NCBI GenBank assembly: GCA_002393555.1
Contig: DGSP01000047.1
Span: forward strand, 14,591-78,590
Reading direction: 5' to 3'
Source of the DNA: Prevotellaceae bacterium UBA4359
Lineage (GTDB): Bacteria > Bacteroidota > Bacteroidia > Bacteroidales > Bacteroidaceae
Length of the DNA stretch: 64,000 nt
Of this stretch, positions 28,665 to 37,120 are shown piece after piece. Each line of letters starts with the position of its first letter. The stretch's first letter is position 1. The notes below the pieces were generated by a model. The model was given only the letters and a program-made list of their open reading frames with translations, ran no database searches and was not told the DNA's origin. Made by a program: the position numbers and the translations under genes.

Positions 28665-31600
28665 ATGAAAAAGACACTCAATAAATACCCGACGCTGCGC
28701 GAGACGAAGTTTGTGGATTTGATGCAGCGACGTGTGTTCAACGTGCTTATCATCGCCAATCCCTATGATGCGTTCATGCTGGAGGACGATGGGCGTGTGG
28801 ATGAAAAGATTTTTGACGAATATGCCAAGTTGGGCCTTCGCTATCCACCGCGTTTCTTCCGTGCTGCCTCGCAGGAAGAAGCCGCCGGACTGATAGGGAA
28901 GACGCAGTTCGACCTCGTCATCTGTATGCCAGGAACGGACAACAACGATGTGTTCGACATCGCCCGTGGCATCAAGAACGAGTTTCCGGCATTGCCCATC
29001 GTGGTTCTCACGCCTTTCAGCCACGGCATCACTCGCCGCATGGTAAACGAGGACCTCTCGGCTTTCGAGTATGTGTTCTGCTGGCTGGGCAATACGGAAC
29101 TGTTGCTCTCCATCATCAAACTCATCGAGGACAAGATGAACCTGGCCAACGACTTGGCTGCTGGTGTGCAGATGATTCTGGTGGTGGAAGATAGCATTCG
29201 CTTCTACTCCTCGCTGCTGCCCAACCTCTATCAGTTTGTGCTGCAGCAGAGTCTGGAGTTCGCCACCGAGGCACTGAACTCGCAACTGGAGATGCTGCGC
29301 ATGCGTGGTCGCTCCAAGATTGTGCTGGCTCGTTCCTACGAGGAGGCGTGGGCACTCTACTCAAAGTTTAGCGACAATGTCTTGGGTGTCATCAGCGACT
29401 GCCGCTTCCCCTTGTTGGCCGACAGCAAGGAGAAGGACGAACTGGCTGGCTATAAACTGCTCAAGGCCATCCGCGAAGTGGACGAGTATGTACCCTTGGT
29501 GCTCGATTCCAGCGAGACCGACAAGAAGCCTTACGCTGACCTGTGCAAGGCCGCCTTCATCGACAAAAATTCCAAGAAACTCAATCAGGACGTGAAAGAT
29601 GTGCTGACCAAGCATTTCGGGTTTGGCGACTTCATTTTCCGTAATCCCGACACGATGAAGGAAGTGGCTCGTGTGCATAACCTGAAAGAGTTGCAAGACA
29701 ACATCTTCACCCTGCCTGCTGACTCGTTGGGCTACCACCTGCGTCACAACAATGTCTCTCGCTGGCTGGCCTCTCGTGCCATCTTCCCCGTAGCCGAGTT
29801 CCTGAAGAAGATAACCTGGAAGGTGGAGACTGATGTGGATGCACACAGGCAGTACATCTTCGATGCCATTGTCAGTTACCGCCGCATGAAGAACCGAGGT
29901 GTGGTGGCTATCTTCCACCGCGACCGCTTCGACAGTTACAGCCAGTTTGCCCGCATTGGCGAAGGCTCCCTCGGCGGCAAGGGCCGGGGCTTGGCCTTCC
30001 TCGACAACATCATCAAGAGGCGCACAGACCTCAACGACTACGAGAATGCCTCGGTGCAGATTCCCAAGACAGTGGTGCTCTGCACCGACATCTTCGACCG
30101 ATTTATGGAGGCCAATGGACTCTATGAGGTGGCTCTTTCCGACCTGCCCGACGAGGAAATCCTGCAGTACTTCCTGCGTGGTCGTCTGCCCGAAGAGTTG
30201 GCCGATGACCTCATGTCTTTTATGGACGTGGTGGGTGGCCCTGTGGCCATCCGTTCCTCTTCCCTGCTCGAAGACAGCCACTACCAGCCTTTTGCTGGCA
30301 TCTATTCCACCTACATGATACCTCGTGCCGACGACAAGTATGTGCGGCTCGAAATGCTCTCCAATGCCATCAAGAGTGTCTATGCCAGCGTCTTCTACCA
30401 CGCCTCGAAAGACTACATGGTGGCCACCTCCAATGTCATTGACCAAGAGAAGATGGCTGTCATCCTGCAGGAGGTGGTAGGACAGAAGTATGAGAGTGGC
30501 TTCTATCCCACCATATCGGGTGTGGGACGCAGCATTAACTACTATCCCATCGGCGACGAACGTGCCGACGAGGGCATCGTGGAACTGGCTCTCGGACTGG
30601 GCAAGTACATCGTCGATGGTGGCCTTTGCCTGCGTGTCTGTCCTCATCATCCCGACAAGGTGTTGCAGACCAGCGAGATGGAGATTGCACTGAGAGAGAC
30701 ACAAACGAAGTTTTATGCGCTTGATGTGGAAGCGAACGAACACGAGGGCGTGGGCAACATGCTGGCCTTTCAGGTGGACGATGCCTTCAATCTGAAAAAG
30801 GTGACCGTGCGCGATGCCGACCACGATGGTTCCCTCAAGTGGATAGTCTCCACCTTCGACCCCTACGACCAGTGCATCTACGATGGTTACTACGAAGGGA
30901 AGAACCGAAAGATTATCTCCTTCTCGGGCGTGTTGCAGAACGGAGTTTTCCCGCTGCCCGAACTCTTGCAGAAGGTGCTCCGCTATGGGCAGCAGGAGAT
31001 GGCACGACCCGTGGAGATTGAGTTTGCCGTCAACCTGCACGACGACCGTTCGGGCGAGTTCTATCTCTTGCAGATTCGTCCGATGGTCGATAACCAGATG
31101 CAGTTGGACGAAGATATTACTCAGATAGCCGATGAGGACTGCCTGATCCGCAGCCACAATGCCATCGGTCACGGCATCATCAGCGACGTGCACGATGTGG
31201 TGTATGTGAAGACTGAGGACTATAGTGCAGCCAACAATCCTGCCACAGCCGAAGAGATAGAACGCATCAACCGTGGCTTCCTCCAACGGGGCGAGAACTA
31301 CGTGCTGGTCGGTCCTGGCCGTTGGGGTTCGAGCGACTCATGGCTGGGCATCCCCGTCAAGTGGCCCCACATCTCTGCTGCCAAGGTCATCGTTGAGGCG
31401 GGTCTGCGCAACTTCCGCGTGGAGCCGAGTCAAGGCACTCACTTCTTCCAAAACCTCACCTCGATGGGTGTGGGTTACTTCACGGTCAACGACTTCATGG
31501 GCGATGGCATCTACCTCCAGTCCCTCCTCAACTCCCTTCCAGCAGTGGAAGAGACCGACCATGTGCGTCATGTGCGCTTCGATTTCCCCATCGCCATCAA

Positions 31601-31673
31601 GATAGACGGCATGAAGAAGGAAGGTGTGGTGATGAAACCCGCTAATATAGGCCCCCACAATCTCGCTAACTAA
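28665..31673 (+). CDS. PEP/pyruvate-binding (PPDK_N ATP-grasp) domain protein with two N-terminal receiver-like domains
   Basis: 1002 aa. Receiver-like 1: VLIIANPYD...FDLVICMPG, with the acceptor Asp position occupied by Cys. Receiver-like 2: MILVVEDS...LGVISDCRFP, with Asp present. PPDK_N motif: GEGSLGGKGRGLAFL...IRSSSLLEDS. No swivel-His (TSH) motif seen. Confidence 0.75.
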   Translation: MKKTLNKYPTLRETKFVDLMQRRVFNVLIIANPYDAFMLEDDGRVDEKIFDEYAKLGLRYPPRFFRAASQEEAAGLIGKTQFDLVICMPGTDNNDVFDIARGIKNEFPALPIVVLTPFSHGITRRMVNEDLSAFEYVFCWLGNTELLLSIIKLIEDKMNLANDLAAGVQMILVVEDSIRFYSSLLPNLYQFVLQQSLEFATEALNSQLEMLRMRGRSKIVLARSYEEAWALYSKFSDNVLGVISDCRFPLLADSKEKDELAGYKLLKAIREVDEYVPLVLDSSETDKKPYADLCKAAFIDKNSKKLNQDVKDVLTKHFGFGDFIFRNPDTMKEVARVHNLKELQDNIFTLPADSLGYHLRHNNVSRWLASRAIFPVAEFLKKITWKVETDVDAHRQYIFDAIVSYRRMKNRGVVAIFHRDRFDSYSQFARIGEGSLGGKGRGLAFLDNIIKRRTDLNDYENASVQIPKTVVLCTDIFDRFMEANGLYEVALSDLPDEEILQYFLRGRLPEELADDLMSFMDVVGGPVAIRSSSLLEDSHYQPFAGIYSTYMIPRADDKYVRLEMLSNAIKSVYASVFYHASKDYMVATSNVIDQEKMAVILQEVVGQKYESGFYPTISGVGRSINYYPIGDERADEGIVELALGLGKYIVDGGLCLRVCPHHPDKVLQTSEMEIALRETQTKFYALDVEANEHEGVGNMLAFQVDDAFNLKKVTVRDADHDGSLKWIVSTFDPYDQCIYDGYYEGKNRKIISFSGVLQNGVFPLPELLQKVLRYGQQEMARPVEIEFAVNLHDDRSGEFYLLQIRPMVDNQMQLDEDITQIADEDCLIRSHNAIGHGIISDVHDVVYVKTEDYSAANNPATAEEIERINRGFLQRGENYVLVGPGRWGSSDSWLGIPVKWPHISAAKVIVEAGLRNFRVEPSQGTHFFQNLTSMGVGYFTVNDFMGDGIYLQSLLNSLPAVEETDHVRHVRFDFPIAIKIDGMKKEGVVMKPANIGPHNLAN

Positions 31674-31686
31674 CAAATTTACAAAA

Positions 31687-31965
31687 ATGAAACGAACGAC
31701 ATTATGGATGATGTTTACCCTTGCTTTGTGTGGCTTGGGGCTGAGTAGTTGCACGTCGGTAGCGAAGGGCGTGGCAGAGAGTTTTACGAACAACCTGATT
31801 GTGGAAGACCGCTATCGGATGATACTGGATGGCTTGCAGGTGACGCTCCTCATCACCCTCTGCGCAGTGCTCTTAGGTACAGTGCTGGGCGGGCTGGTGT
31901 GCTGGATGCGCATGAGCAAGCGGACATGGTTGCAGCAGGTGGCCAAGGTGTATATCCTGCCATAG
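31687..31965 (+). pseudogene. Truncated N-terminal fragment of a polar amino-acid ABC transporter permease
   Basis: The 92-aa ORF has the typical start of a His/Glu/Gln/Arg-family permease (ILDGLQVTLLITLCAVLLGTVLGGLVCWMRMSK...VAKVYI). It stops at TAG 31963-31965, before the conserved EAA loop and the remaining TM helices. Confidence 0.6.
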
Positions 31966-32021
31966 CAATACCGCAACAGCATGGGACAGGGCGCCTTCTG
32001 CATGTGGCCATATACCCCGCC

Positions 32022-33542
32022 ATGCCGCCGTTCAGTTTCATCTGTTCGGGACAGCCGTCGGGCTTGGAGATTGACATCCTGACAGAGTGGGCCAACCGTC
32101 GCAACTGGCGGTTAGAGTATCTCACGATGGACTTCGCCTCGCAGATTCCCGCCGTGCAGACGGGCAAGGTCGATATGGCCATGTGTTCTGTCAGCATCAC
32201 CGAAGAACGTAAGAAACAAGTGCTCTTCTCCGACGGCTACATCGAGTCGCACATCATGTTTCTTGTGCGGAAGGGAGAGACGGACATCCTTGCAGCGCCG
32301 GCCCTTGCCGAAGACGAAGAGACAGAGTTGCTGTCCGTCGGAGTGTGGATAGCAGCCATCCTCCTTCTGGTGGGTGGCGGTGCATGGCTCGTCCTGCGCC
32401 GTCGGAAGCCGCAAGTCTTGGCCCGGCCCCATGGAGAGACCAGCCAGGGCGCCATCGGCGACACGGTCATCAGCATCGCCCATCTGAAGAAGAACTACGG
32501 CACGCTCCCGGTGCTGCGCGACATCAGCCTCGACGTGCATCGTGGCGAGGTCATCTCCATCATCGGTCCCTCCGGCACCGGCAAGAGCACCTTCCTGCGC
32601 TGTCTGAATCTGTTGGAGCAACCCACGGACGGACACATCCTCATCGACGGGCAAGATATCTTGGCACCCCATGCCGATGTGTCCCAACTGCGCCGCAAGA
32701 TGGGCATGGTTTTCCAGTCGTTCAACCTGTTTAACGGCCTTTCGGTGCTCGACAACATCACTCTCGCCCCCATCGGACTGTTGGGCAAGAGCCGCGAAGA
32801 GGCCGAGCGGAAAGGGCGAGAACTGCTTGAGATGGTGGGACTGGCCGAACGTGCCGATGCCATGCCCGACCAACTCTCTGGCGGACAGAAGCAGCGCGCG
32901 GCCATTGCCCGTGCATTGGCTATGGAACCTGAGATACTGCTTTTCGACGAACCCACTTCAGCCCTCGACCCCACGATGGTGAGCGAGGTGCTGGGTGTGA
33001 TGACACGGCTGGCTCGTGAGGGCATGACCATGATTGTGGTGACTCACGAGATGCGCTTTGCCCGTCAGGTGAGTAGCCGCGTGTTGTTCTTTGCCGAGGG
33101 AGTGGTCTATGAGGACGGCACCCCCGACCAACTCTTCGACCATCCGCAGCACGAACTCACCCGTCAGTTCATCCGCCAGATGCACGAGACTGCTTTCCTC
33201 ATCGAGAGCGAGCACTTCGATTGGTATGCCATGATGGCACAGATGGAGCAGTTCTGCCGCCACTACAACCTGTCGCGTGTCAGGACTGACGGCGTGTTCC
33301 ACGTCATCGACGAGTCGCTGTCCATCCTCGGCTCAGCCCGGTCGGGCCTCCAGCCAGGCACACGGCTCACGCTGGCTTATTCGGAACAAGACGACACGTT
33401 GCAGTGGACAGTCCGCTGTCCGCAAGCCATCGACCCGGCTATGTTCGAGACCGACGACAACAGCGTTGCGATGGTCATGCTGCGCAACTTCAGCCGCGAC
33501 ATCAGCATCGACGGCGACACGCTGCGTGTCGCCGTCAAGTGA
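32022..33542 (+). CDS. Amino-acid ABC transporter ATP-binding protein fused to a half substrate-binding lobe, one TM helix and a ~125-aa C-terminal extension (start uncertain)
   Basis: Different frame from 31687..31965. Contains only the N-lobe of an SBP_bac_3 domain (LHVAIYPAMPPFSF...GLEIDIL...QTGKVDMAMCSVSITEERKKQVLFSDGYIES). This is followed by TM VGVWIAAILLLVGGGAWLVL and an intact GlnQ-like NBD (GPSGTGKST, LSGGQKQR, LLFDEPTSALD, VTHEM). The first in-frame ATG after the upstream stop is 32022. The track start 31749 is a TTG overlapping the permease fragment. Confidence 0.6.
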   Translation: MPPFSFICSGQPSGLEIDILTEWANRRNWRLEYLTMDFASQIPAVQTGKVDMAMCSVSITEERKKQVLFSDGYIESHIMFLVRKGETDILAAPALAEDEETELLSVGVWIAAILLLVGGGAWLVLRRRKPQVLARPHGETSQGAIGDTVISIAHLKKNYGTLPVLRDISLDVHRGEVISIIGPSGTGKSTFLRCLNLLEQPTDGHILIDGQDILAPHADVSQLRRKMGMVFQSFNLFNGLSVLDNITLAPIGLLGKSREEAERKGRELLEMVGLAERADAMPDQLSGGQKQRAAIARALAMEPEILLFDEPTSALDPTMVSEVLGVMTRLAREGMTMIVVTHEMRFARQVSSRVLFFAEGVVYEDGTPDQLFDHPQHELTRQFIRQMHETAFLIESEHFDWYAMMAQMEQFCRHYNLSRVRTDGVFHVIDESLSILGSARSGLQPGTRLTLAYSEQDDTLQWTVRCPQAIDPAMFETDDNSVAMVMLRNFSRDISIDGDTLRVAVK

Positions 33543-33581
33543 GTGGCTGTCGGTTTCTCTTATTTCTTATTGATGAAAGGC

Positions 33582-35294
33582 TTATTGCCGCACCATCCTG
33601 ATGACGTCGCTGGTGAAATCGACCACGGCAAGACGGTGAGTGATGAAGATGATGGTGCGGTCGTGGAAATGCTGCTTGAGGTTCTCAAGCAGTTTTTTTT
33701 CTGTCTGCACGTCAAGGGCAGAGGTGGCCTCGTCGAGCAGGAGTACGCGGCAGGGATGGAGGATGGCACGGGCGATGGCGATGCGCTGTGCCTGCCCTTC
33801 GGAGAGACCGCCGCCTTGTTCGGCACAGTGGGTGTCAAGGCCGTCGGGGAGGTTGAAGACGAAGTCGGCCATGGCCAGGTGGAGGGCTTGGTGCATCTCG
33901 GTGGTGGTGGCGGTGGGGTTGCCCATCAGCAAGTTGTCGCGGATGGTGCCGGAAAAGAGGGTGTTTCCCTGAGGGATGTAGGAGAAGTTGGAGCGCAGGG
34001 CAGGGGAGAGAGAGACGGATTGGGAGGGGGCTTGAGAGAGGGGAAACCTCTCTCCGCATGAGGAGGATGGTTGGGATGGGGGGAGGGTGTAGGCTTCGGC
34101 CTTGCCTTCGGTGGGTGTGATGAGGGCAAGGATGAGGCGGATGAGGGTGGTCTTGCCGGCACCAGTCTCGCCGAGGATGGCCGTGAAAGAACCGGGACGG
34201 AAGTCGTGGGAGAAGTGGCGGATGACGGTGCGGCCCTTCTTGGTGTAGAAGTAGGACACGTCGTCGAAGCGGATGCCTACGTTGCCCTCCAGCAGGATGG
34301 GGTCTCCCTCTTCCTCCAGCGGCAGTTCCTCCAGTTCCATCAGTCGTTCGCACGAGGTGAGGCTGTTTACGAAGATGGGCAGCAGGCGGGCGGCATCGAG
34401 CATGGGGCGCTGGATGCGGTTGATGAGTTGGGTGAAGGCCATGAGCACGCCCATCGTGATGAGTCCCTCTTGCAGTTGGAAGAGTCCCCACGTGAGGGCC
34501 ACGAGGAAGGCTCCGGCAAAACCGATGTTGACCAGTGTCTTGGAGAGGATGGAGAACTTGGCGCGGCTCTTGATTTGCTTGCGCAGCAGGCTTTGGCGTT
34601 GTTCCAGTTTGTCCACCATCGCATTCTCCTGTCCCAGCACCTTGATGACCATCTTGTGCTGGATGCTCTCCTGAATGATGGCCTGGATGGCCGAGTTGCT
34701 GTCCTTGATGGTGCGCACGATGCGTCGCATGCGCTTGAAGTAGATGCGCGAGAGCAGCACGAAGATGGGCGAGGTGATGATGACGATGATGGCCAGGGTG
34801 CGGTCCATCACGTAGAGGTAGATGAACGATGCCAGAAACTGTGTGACCACCACAATGGCGGTGGGCAGCACGTCGGTCATCAAATCAACGATGTCGCCCA
34901 CATCGCCGAAGAGGCGGTTGATGACGTCGCCGCTGTGGAACTTCTCGATGCCGTGCCACTTGCCCTTGATTAACTGTCGGAAGAAGAACTGCTGCATCAG
35001 GTTTTGCGTCTTCACACCCAGCACCGCCGAAATCCAAGTGGAGGCGATGTGCATGAGCAGTTCGCACAGGAACACGGCACCCAGCAGCACGGCCGTCCAG
35101 ATGATGCTTCCCTCCTTGGCGTGGGTGGCAATGTCGGTGAGCGAGCGGATGGTATCGACGCTGAGCAGTCCGAGACCCACCAGCGCGAGGCCGATGAGGG
35201 CATTGAGCAGGGCTTGCAGGCGGCAGTTGCGGTGGTGTCGCCACAGCCATGCGGCGATTTGCTTTGTTGAATATTTTGTCTTGTTCAGTTGCAT
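33582..35294 (-). CDS. ABC exporter, fused 6-TM permease + ATP-binding domain (MsbA/CydC-like architecture)
   Basis: Walker A GETGAGKTT, signature LSEGQAQR, Walker B LLLDEATSALD, H-loop ITHR, and an N-terminal TM domain. Start set to ATG 35294 (MQLNKTKYS...); the track start 35321 is a TTG abutting a repeat element. Confidence 0.85.
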   Translation of the reverse strand: MQLNKTKYSTKQIAAWLWRHHRNCRLQALLNALIGLALVGLGLLSVDTIRSLTDIATHAKEGSIIWTAVLLGAVFLCELLMHIASTWISAVLGVKTQNLMQQFFFRQLIKGKWHGIEKFHSGDVINRLFGDVGDIVDLMTDVLPTAIVVVTQFLASFIYLYVMDRTLAIIVIITSPIFVLLSRIYFKRMRRIVRTIKDSNSAIQAIIQESIQHKMVIKVLGQENAMVDKLEQRQSLLRKQIKSRAKFSILSKTLVNIGFAGAFLVALTWGLFQLQEGLITMGVLMAFTQLINRIQRPMLDAARLLPIFVNSLTSCERLMELEELPLEEEGDPILLEGNVGIRFDDVSYFYTKKGRTVIRHFSHDFRPGSFTAILGETGAGKTTLIRLILALITPTEGKAEAYTLPPSQPSSSCGERFPLSQAPSQSVSLSPALRSNFSYIPQGNTLFSGTIRDNLLMGNPTATTTEMHQALHLAMADFVFNLPDGLDTHCAEQGGGLSEGQAQRIAIARAILHPCRVLLLDEATSALDVQTEKKLLENLKQHFHDRTIIFITHRLAVVDFTSDVIRMVRQ

Positions 35295-35315
35295 GCAGTG
35301 TAGGTTGTCTCGTAG

Positions 35316-35411
35316 TCTCAAAATAGGTGTGACTCACACCTATGGTAGGGGTGTGACTCACACCTGTGGTAGGGGTGTGACTCACACCTGTTTTGTGGTG
35401 CTGAAAGCCCC
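35316..35411. repeat. Triple-palindrome repeat element, copy 1 (inverted relative to copy 2)
   Basis: GGTGTGACTCACACC occurs at 35326-35340, 35350-35364 and 35374-35388 (24-bp phasing). Spacers are TATGGTAGG and TGTGGTAGG. Flanks are CTCAAAATA and TGTTTTGTGGTGCTGAAAGCCCC. Confidence 0.9.
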
Positions 35412-35453
35412 TTGTGGGAGGACTTTCCCGGATGGCCTCTTGCGGCGGCCTTG

Positions 35454-36338
35454 TCAGCCTCGGCTGTCGGCTCCCCACATCATCTTTTTGCGCAGGGTGG
35501 AGAAGAAACTCTGTCCCTGGTGAGTGACGACCTTGACGGTGTAGGGTGCCTTTCGGATGCGCAGGTGGATGTTGTCGGGATAACTCTGGCTGCGGCCATC
35601 GATGGCAATGAGGAAACTGTGGCTCCGGCTCTCCACACGGAGGCTCACCTCGCTGTTGTCGCACAGCACGATGGGGCGCATGTTGAGGCTGTGGGGTGCC
35701 ACGGGCGTGAGGCAGATGGCATCGCTCTGTGGCACAATGATGGGGCCGCCCACGCTGAGCGAGTAGGCTGTGCTGCCAGTGGGTGTGCTTGCGATGAGTC
35801 CATCGGCCTGGTAGGTGGTCAGGTATTCGTCGTTGATGTCCGTATGGATGGAAATCATGGACGAGATGTCGTGCTTCAGCAGGGCTATCTCGTTCAGTGC
35901 GAAGGGATAGCCCTTCAGTTCCATCTCATCGCACGAGATGGTGAGCACACTGTGCGACTCCACGCCGAAGTTGCCGTCGTAGATGTCGGCCAGTGTGGCC
36001 TCGATGTGGTCGGGCGAGAAACTGGCCAGAAAGCCCAGACGTCCTGTGTTGATGCCGATGATGGGAATCTCCTTGTCGCCCACACGGCTGGCCACGTCGA
36101 GAAAAGTGCCGTCTCCGCCCATGCACACCACGTAGTCGGCGGTGAACTGGTTGTCCTTGATGATTTCGCATGCGGGCACGTGTATCTTCAGATTTTCGTT
36201 CAAAAACTGGTGAAAGGCTTCTGGCATGGCCAGTTCGGCCTTCCGCTCGGTGGCGATGGCGAGAAATTTCTGCACGGCGGCACTCTTGCGCTCCTGGTGT
36301 ATGTTGCCAAACAGGGCGAACTTCAGTTTTTTAGTCAT
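35454..36338 (-). CDS. nadK: NAD kinase
   Basis: Start at ATG 36338 (MTKKLKFALFGN). GGDGTFL motif (VVCMGGDGTFLDVA), plus TPTGSTAYSLSVGGPI. Confidence 0.92.
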   Translation of the reverse strand: MTKKLKFALFGNIHQERKSAAVQKFLAIATERKAELAMPEAFHQFLNENLKIHVPACEIIKDNQFTADYVVCMGGDGTFLDVASRVGDKEIPIIGINTGRLGFLASFSPDHIEATLADIYDGNFGVESHSVLTISCDEMELKGYPFALNEIALLKHDISSMISIHTDINDEYLTTYQADGLIASTPTGSTAYSLSVGGPIIVPQSDAICLTPVAPHSLNMRPIVLCDNSEVSLRVESRSHSFLIAIDGRSQSYPDNIHLRIRKAPYTVKVVTHQGQSFFSTLRKKMMWGADSRG

Positions 36339-36353
36339 ATTTAAGAGTTTTTT

Positions 36354-36386
36354 TTTGTCTTGTATGGGTGAAAAACCGTATTTTTG
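36354..36386 (+). promoter_or_regulatory. Candidate promoter for exbB-exbD-tonB
   Basis: -33 TTTG (36354-36357), 21-nt spacer, -7 box TATTTTTG (36379-36386) matching TAnnTTTG. Confidence 0.4.
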
Positions 36387-36401
36387 CACACGAATCGGTT
36401 G

Positions 36402-36409
36402 CAAAGATA
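36402..36409 (-). promoter_or_regulatory. Candidate -7 box for nadK
   Basis: The minus strand reads TATCTTTG (TAnnTTTG), 64 nt upstream of the nadK ATG. No clear -33 element. Confidence 0.3.
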
Positions 36410-36492
36410 CAGATTATCATCGGTTTTTCTTCTTTGCGATTCAGAAAAAAGTCATTTCTAATTGATATTTGATAGTAAATTACCCAAACATT

Positions 36493-37116
36493 ATGGAAGA
36501 ACTCAGCATTCTGGAACTCGCCTCGAAAGGCGGATGGATCATGATTGTGCTCGCCATCCTCTCGCTCGTCGCTGTCTATATTTTTGTGGAGCGTTTCATC
36601 GCCATCCGCAATGCGGGCAAGGACGACAAACTCTTCATGGACCGCATCCGCGACTATCTGAAGAATGGCGACGTGAAGTCGGCCATCAACTTCTGCCGCA
36701 ACACCGACACCGCTGCTGCCCGCATGATAGAGCGTGGCATCAGCCGCATCGGAAAGCCCGCCTCCGAGATTCAGACCGCCATCGAGAACACGGGCAACCT
36801 GGAGATTGCCACGATGGAGAAGCGGCTGCCCGTGCTGGCCACCATCGCCGGCGGAGCACCCATGATAGGGTTCCTCGGCACCGTCATCGGCATGGTCGAA
36901 GCCTTCTGGCAGATGAGCAATGCCGGCGGCAACATCGACATCAGCCTCCTTTCGGGCGGCATCTATCAGGCCATGATTACCACAGTGGGAGGCCTGGCCG
37001 TGGGCATCGTGGCTCTCTTTGGCTACAACTATCTGGTGGCCAAGATAGACGGTGTGGTGAACGAGATAGAGGCCAAGTCGCTCACATTCATGGACATCGT
37101 AAGCGAAGGAGAGTAA
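36493..37116 (+). CDS. exbB: MotA/TolQ/ExbB proton-channel protein
   Basis: Start at ATG 36493 (the track start 36469 is a TTG). Three TM segments and the conserved C-terminal block GAPMIGFLGTVIGMV...GGIYQAMITTVGGLAVGI. Confidence 0.9.
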   Translation: MEELSILELASKGGWIMIVLAILSLVAVYIFVERFIAIRNAGKDDKLFMDRIRDYLKNGDVKSAINFCRNTDTAAARMIERGISRIGKPASEIQTAIENTGNLEIATMEKRLPVLATIAGGAPMIGFLGTVIGMVEAFWQMSNAGGNIDISLLSGGIYQAMITTVGGLAVGIVALFGYNYLVAKIDGVVNEIEAKSLTFMDIVSEGE

Positions 37117-37120
37117 GCCT

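Noticed and set aside
29361-31286. 641-aa antisense ORF inside the PPDK_N/receiver gene
   Set aside because: It is the longest shadow ORF in the window. The sense strand carries receiver and ATP-grasp motifs and the antisense carries none.
31749-32021. Track start (TTG 31749) of the ABC ATPase ORF
   Set aside because: This N-terminal stretch overlaps the permease fragment in another frame and has no protein-like features. The real start, if any, is downstream (first ATG at 32022).
33543-34973. Plus-strand ORFs (33543-34061, 34071-34973) and the minus-strand Pro/His-rich ORF 33835-34491 within the ABC exporter gene
   Set aside because: They are alternative-frame or antisense artefacts of a gene with complete Walker A, signature and Walker B motifs in the annotated frame.
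35326-35388. CRISPR array hypothesis for the phased palindromes (also 44479-44541)
   Set aside because: There are only three 15-bp repeats, and the 9-bp spacers are far too short and are conserved between loci. No cas genes are present. The element has terminal inverted repeats instead.
35326-35388. CRP/FNR-type site (TGTGA...TCACA) hypothesis for GGTGTGACTCACACC
   Set aside because: The half-sites are separated by 1 nt instead of the 6 nt required for CRP-family dimers. The copies also occur in triplets downstream of genes.
35412-36344. 310-aa antisense ORF opposite nadK
   Set aside because: The sense strand has the GGDGTFL NAD-kinase motif, so this is a shadow ORF.
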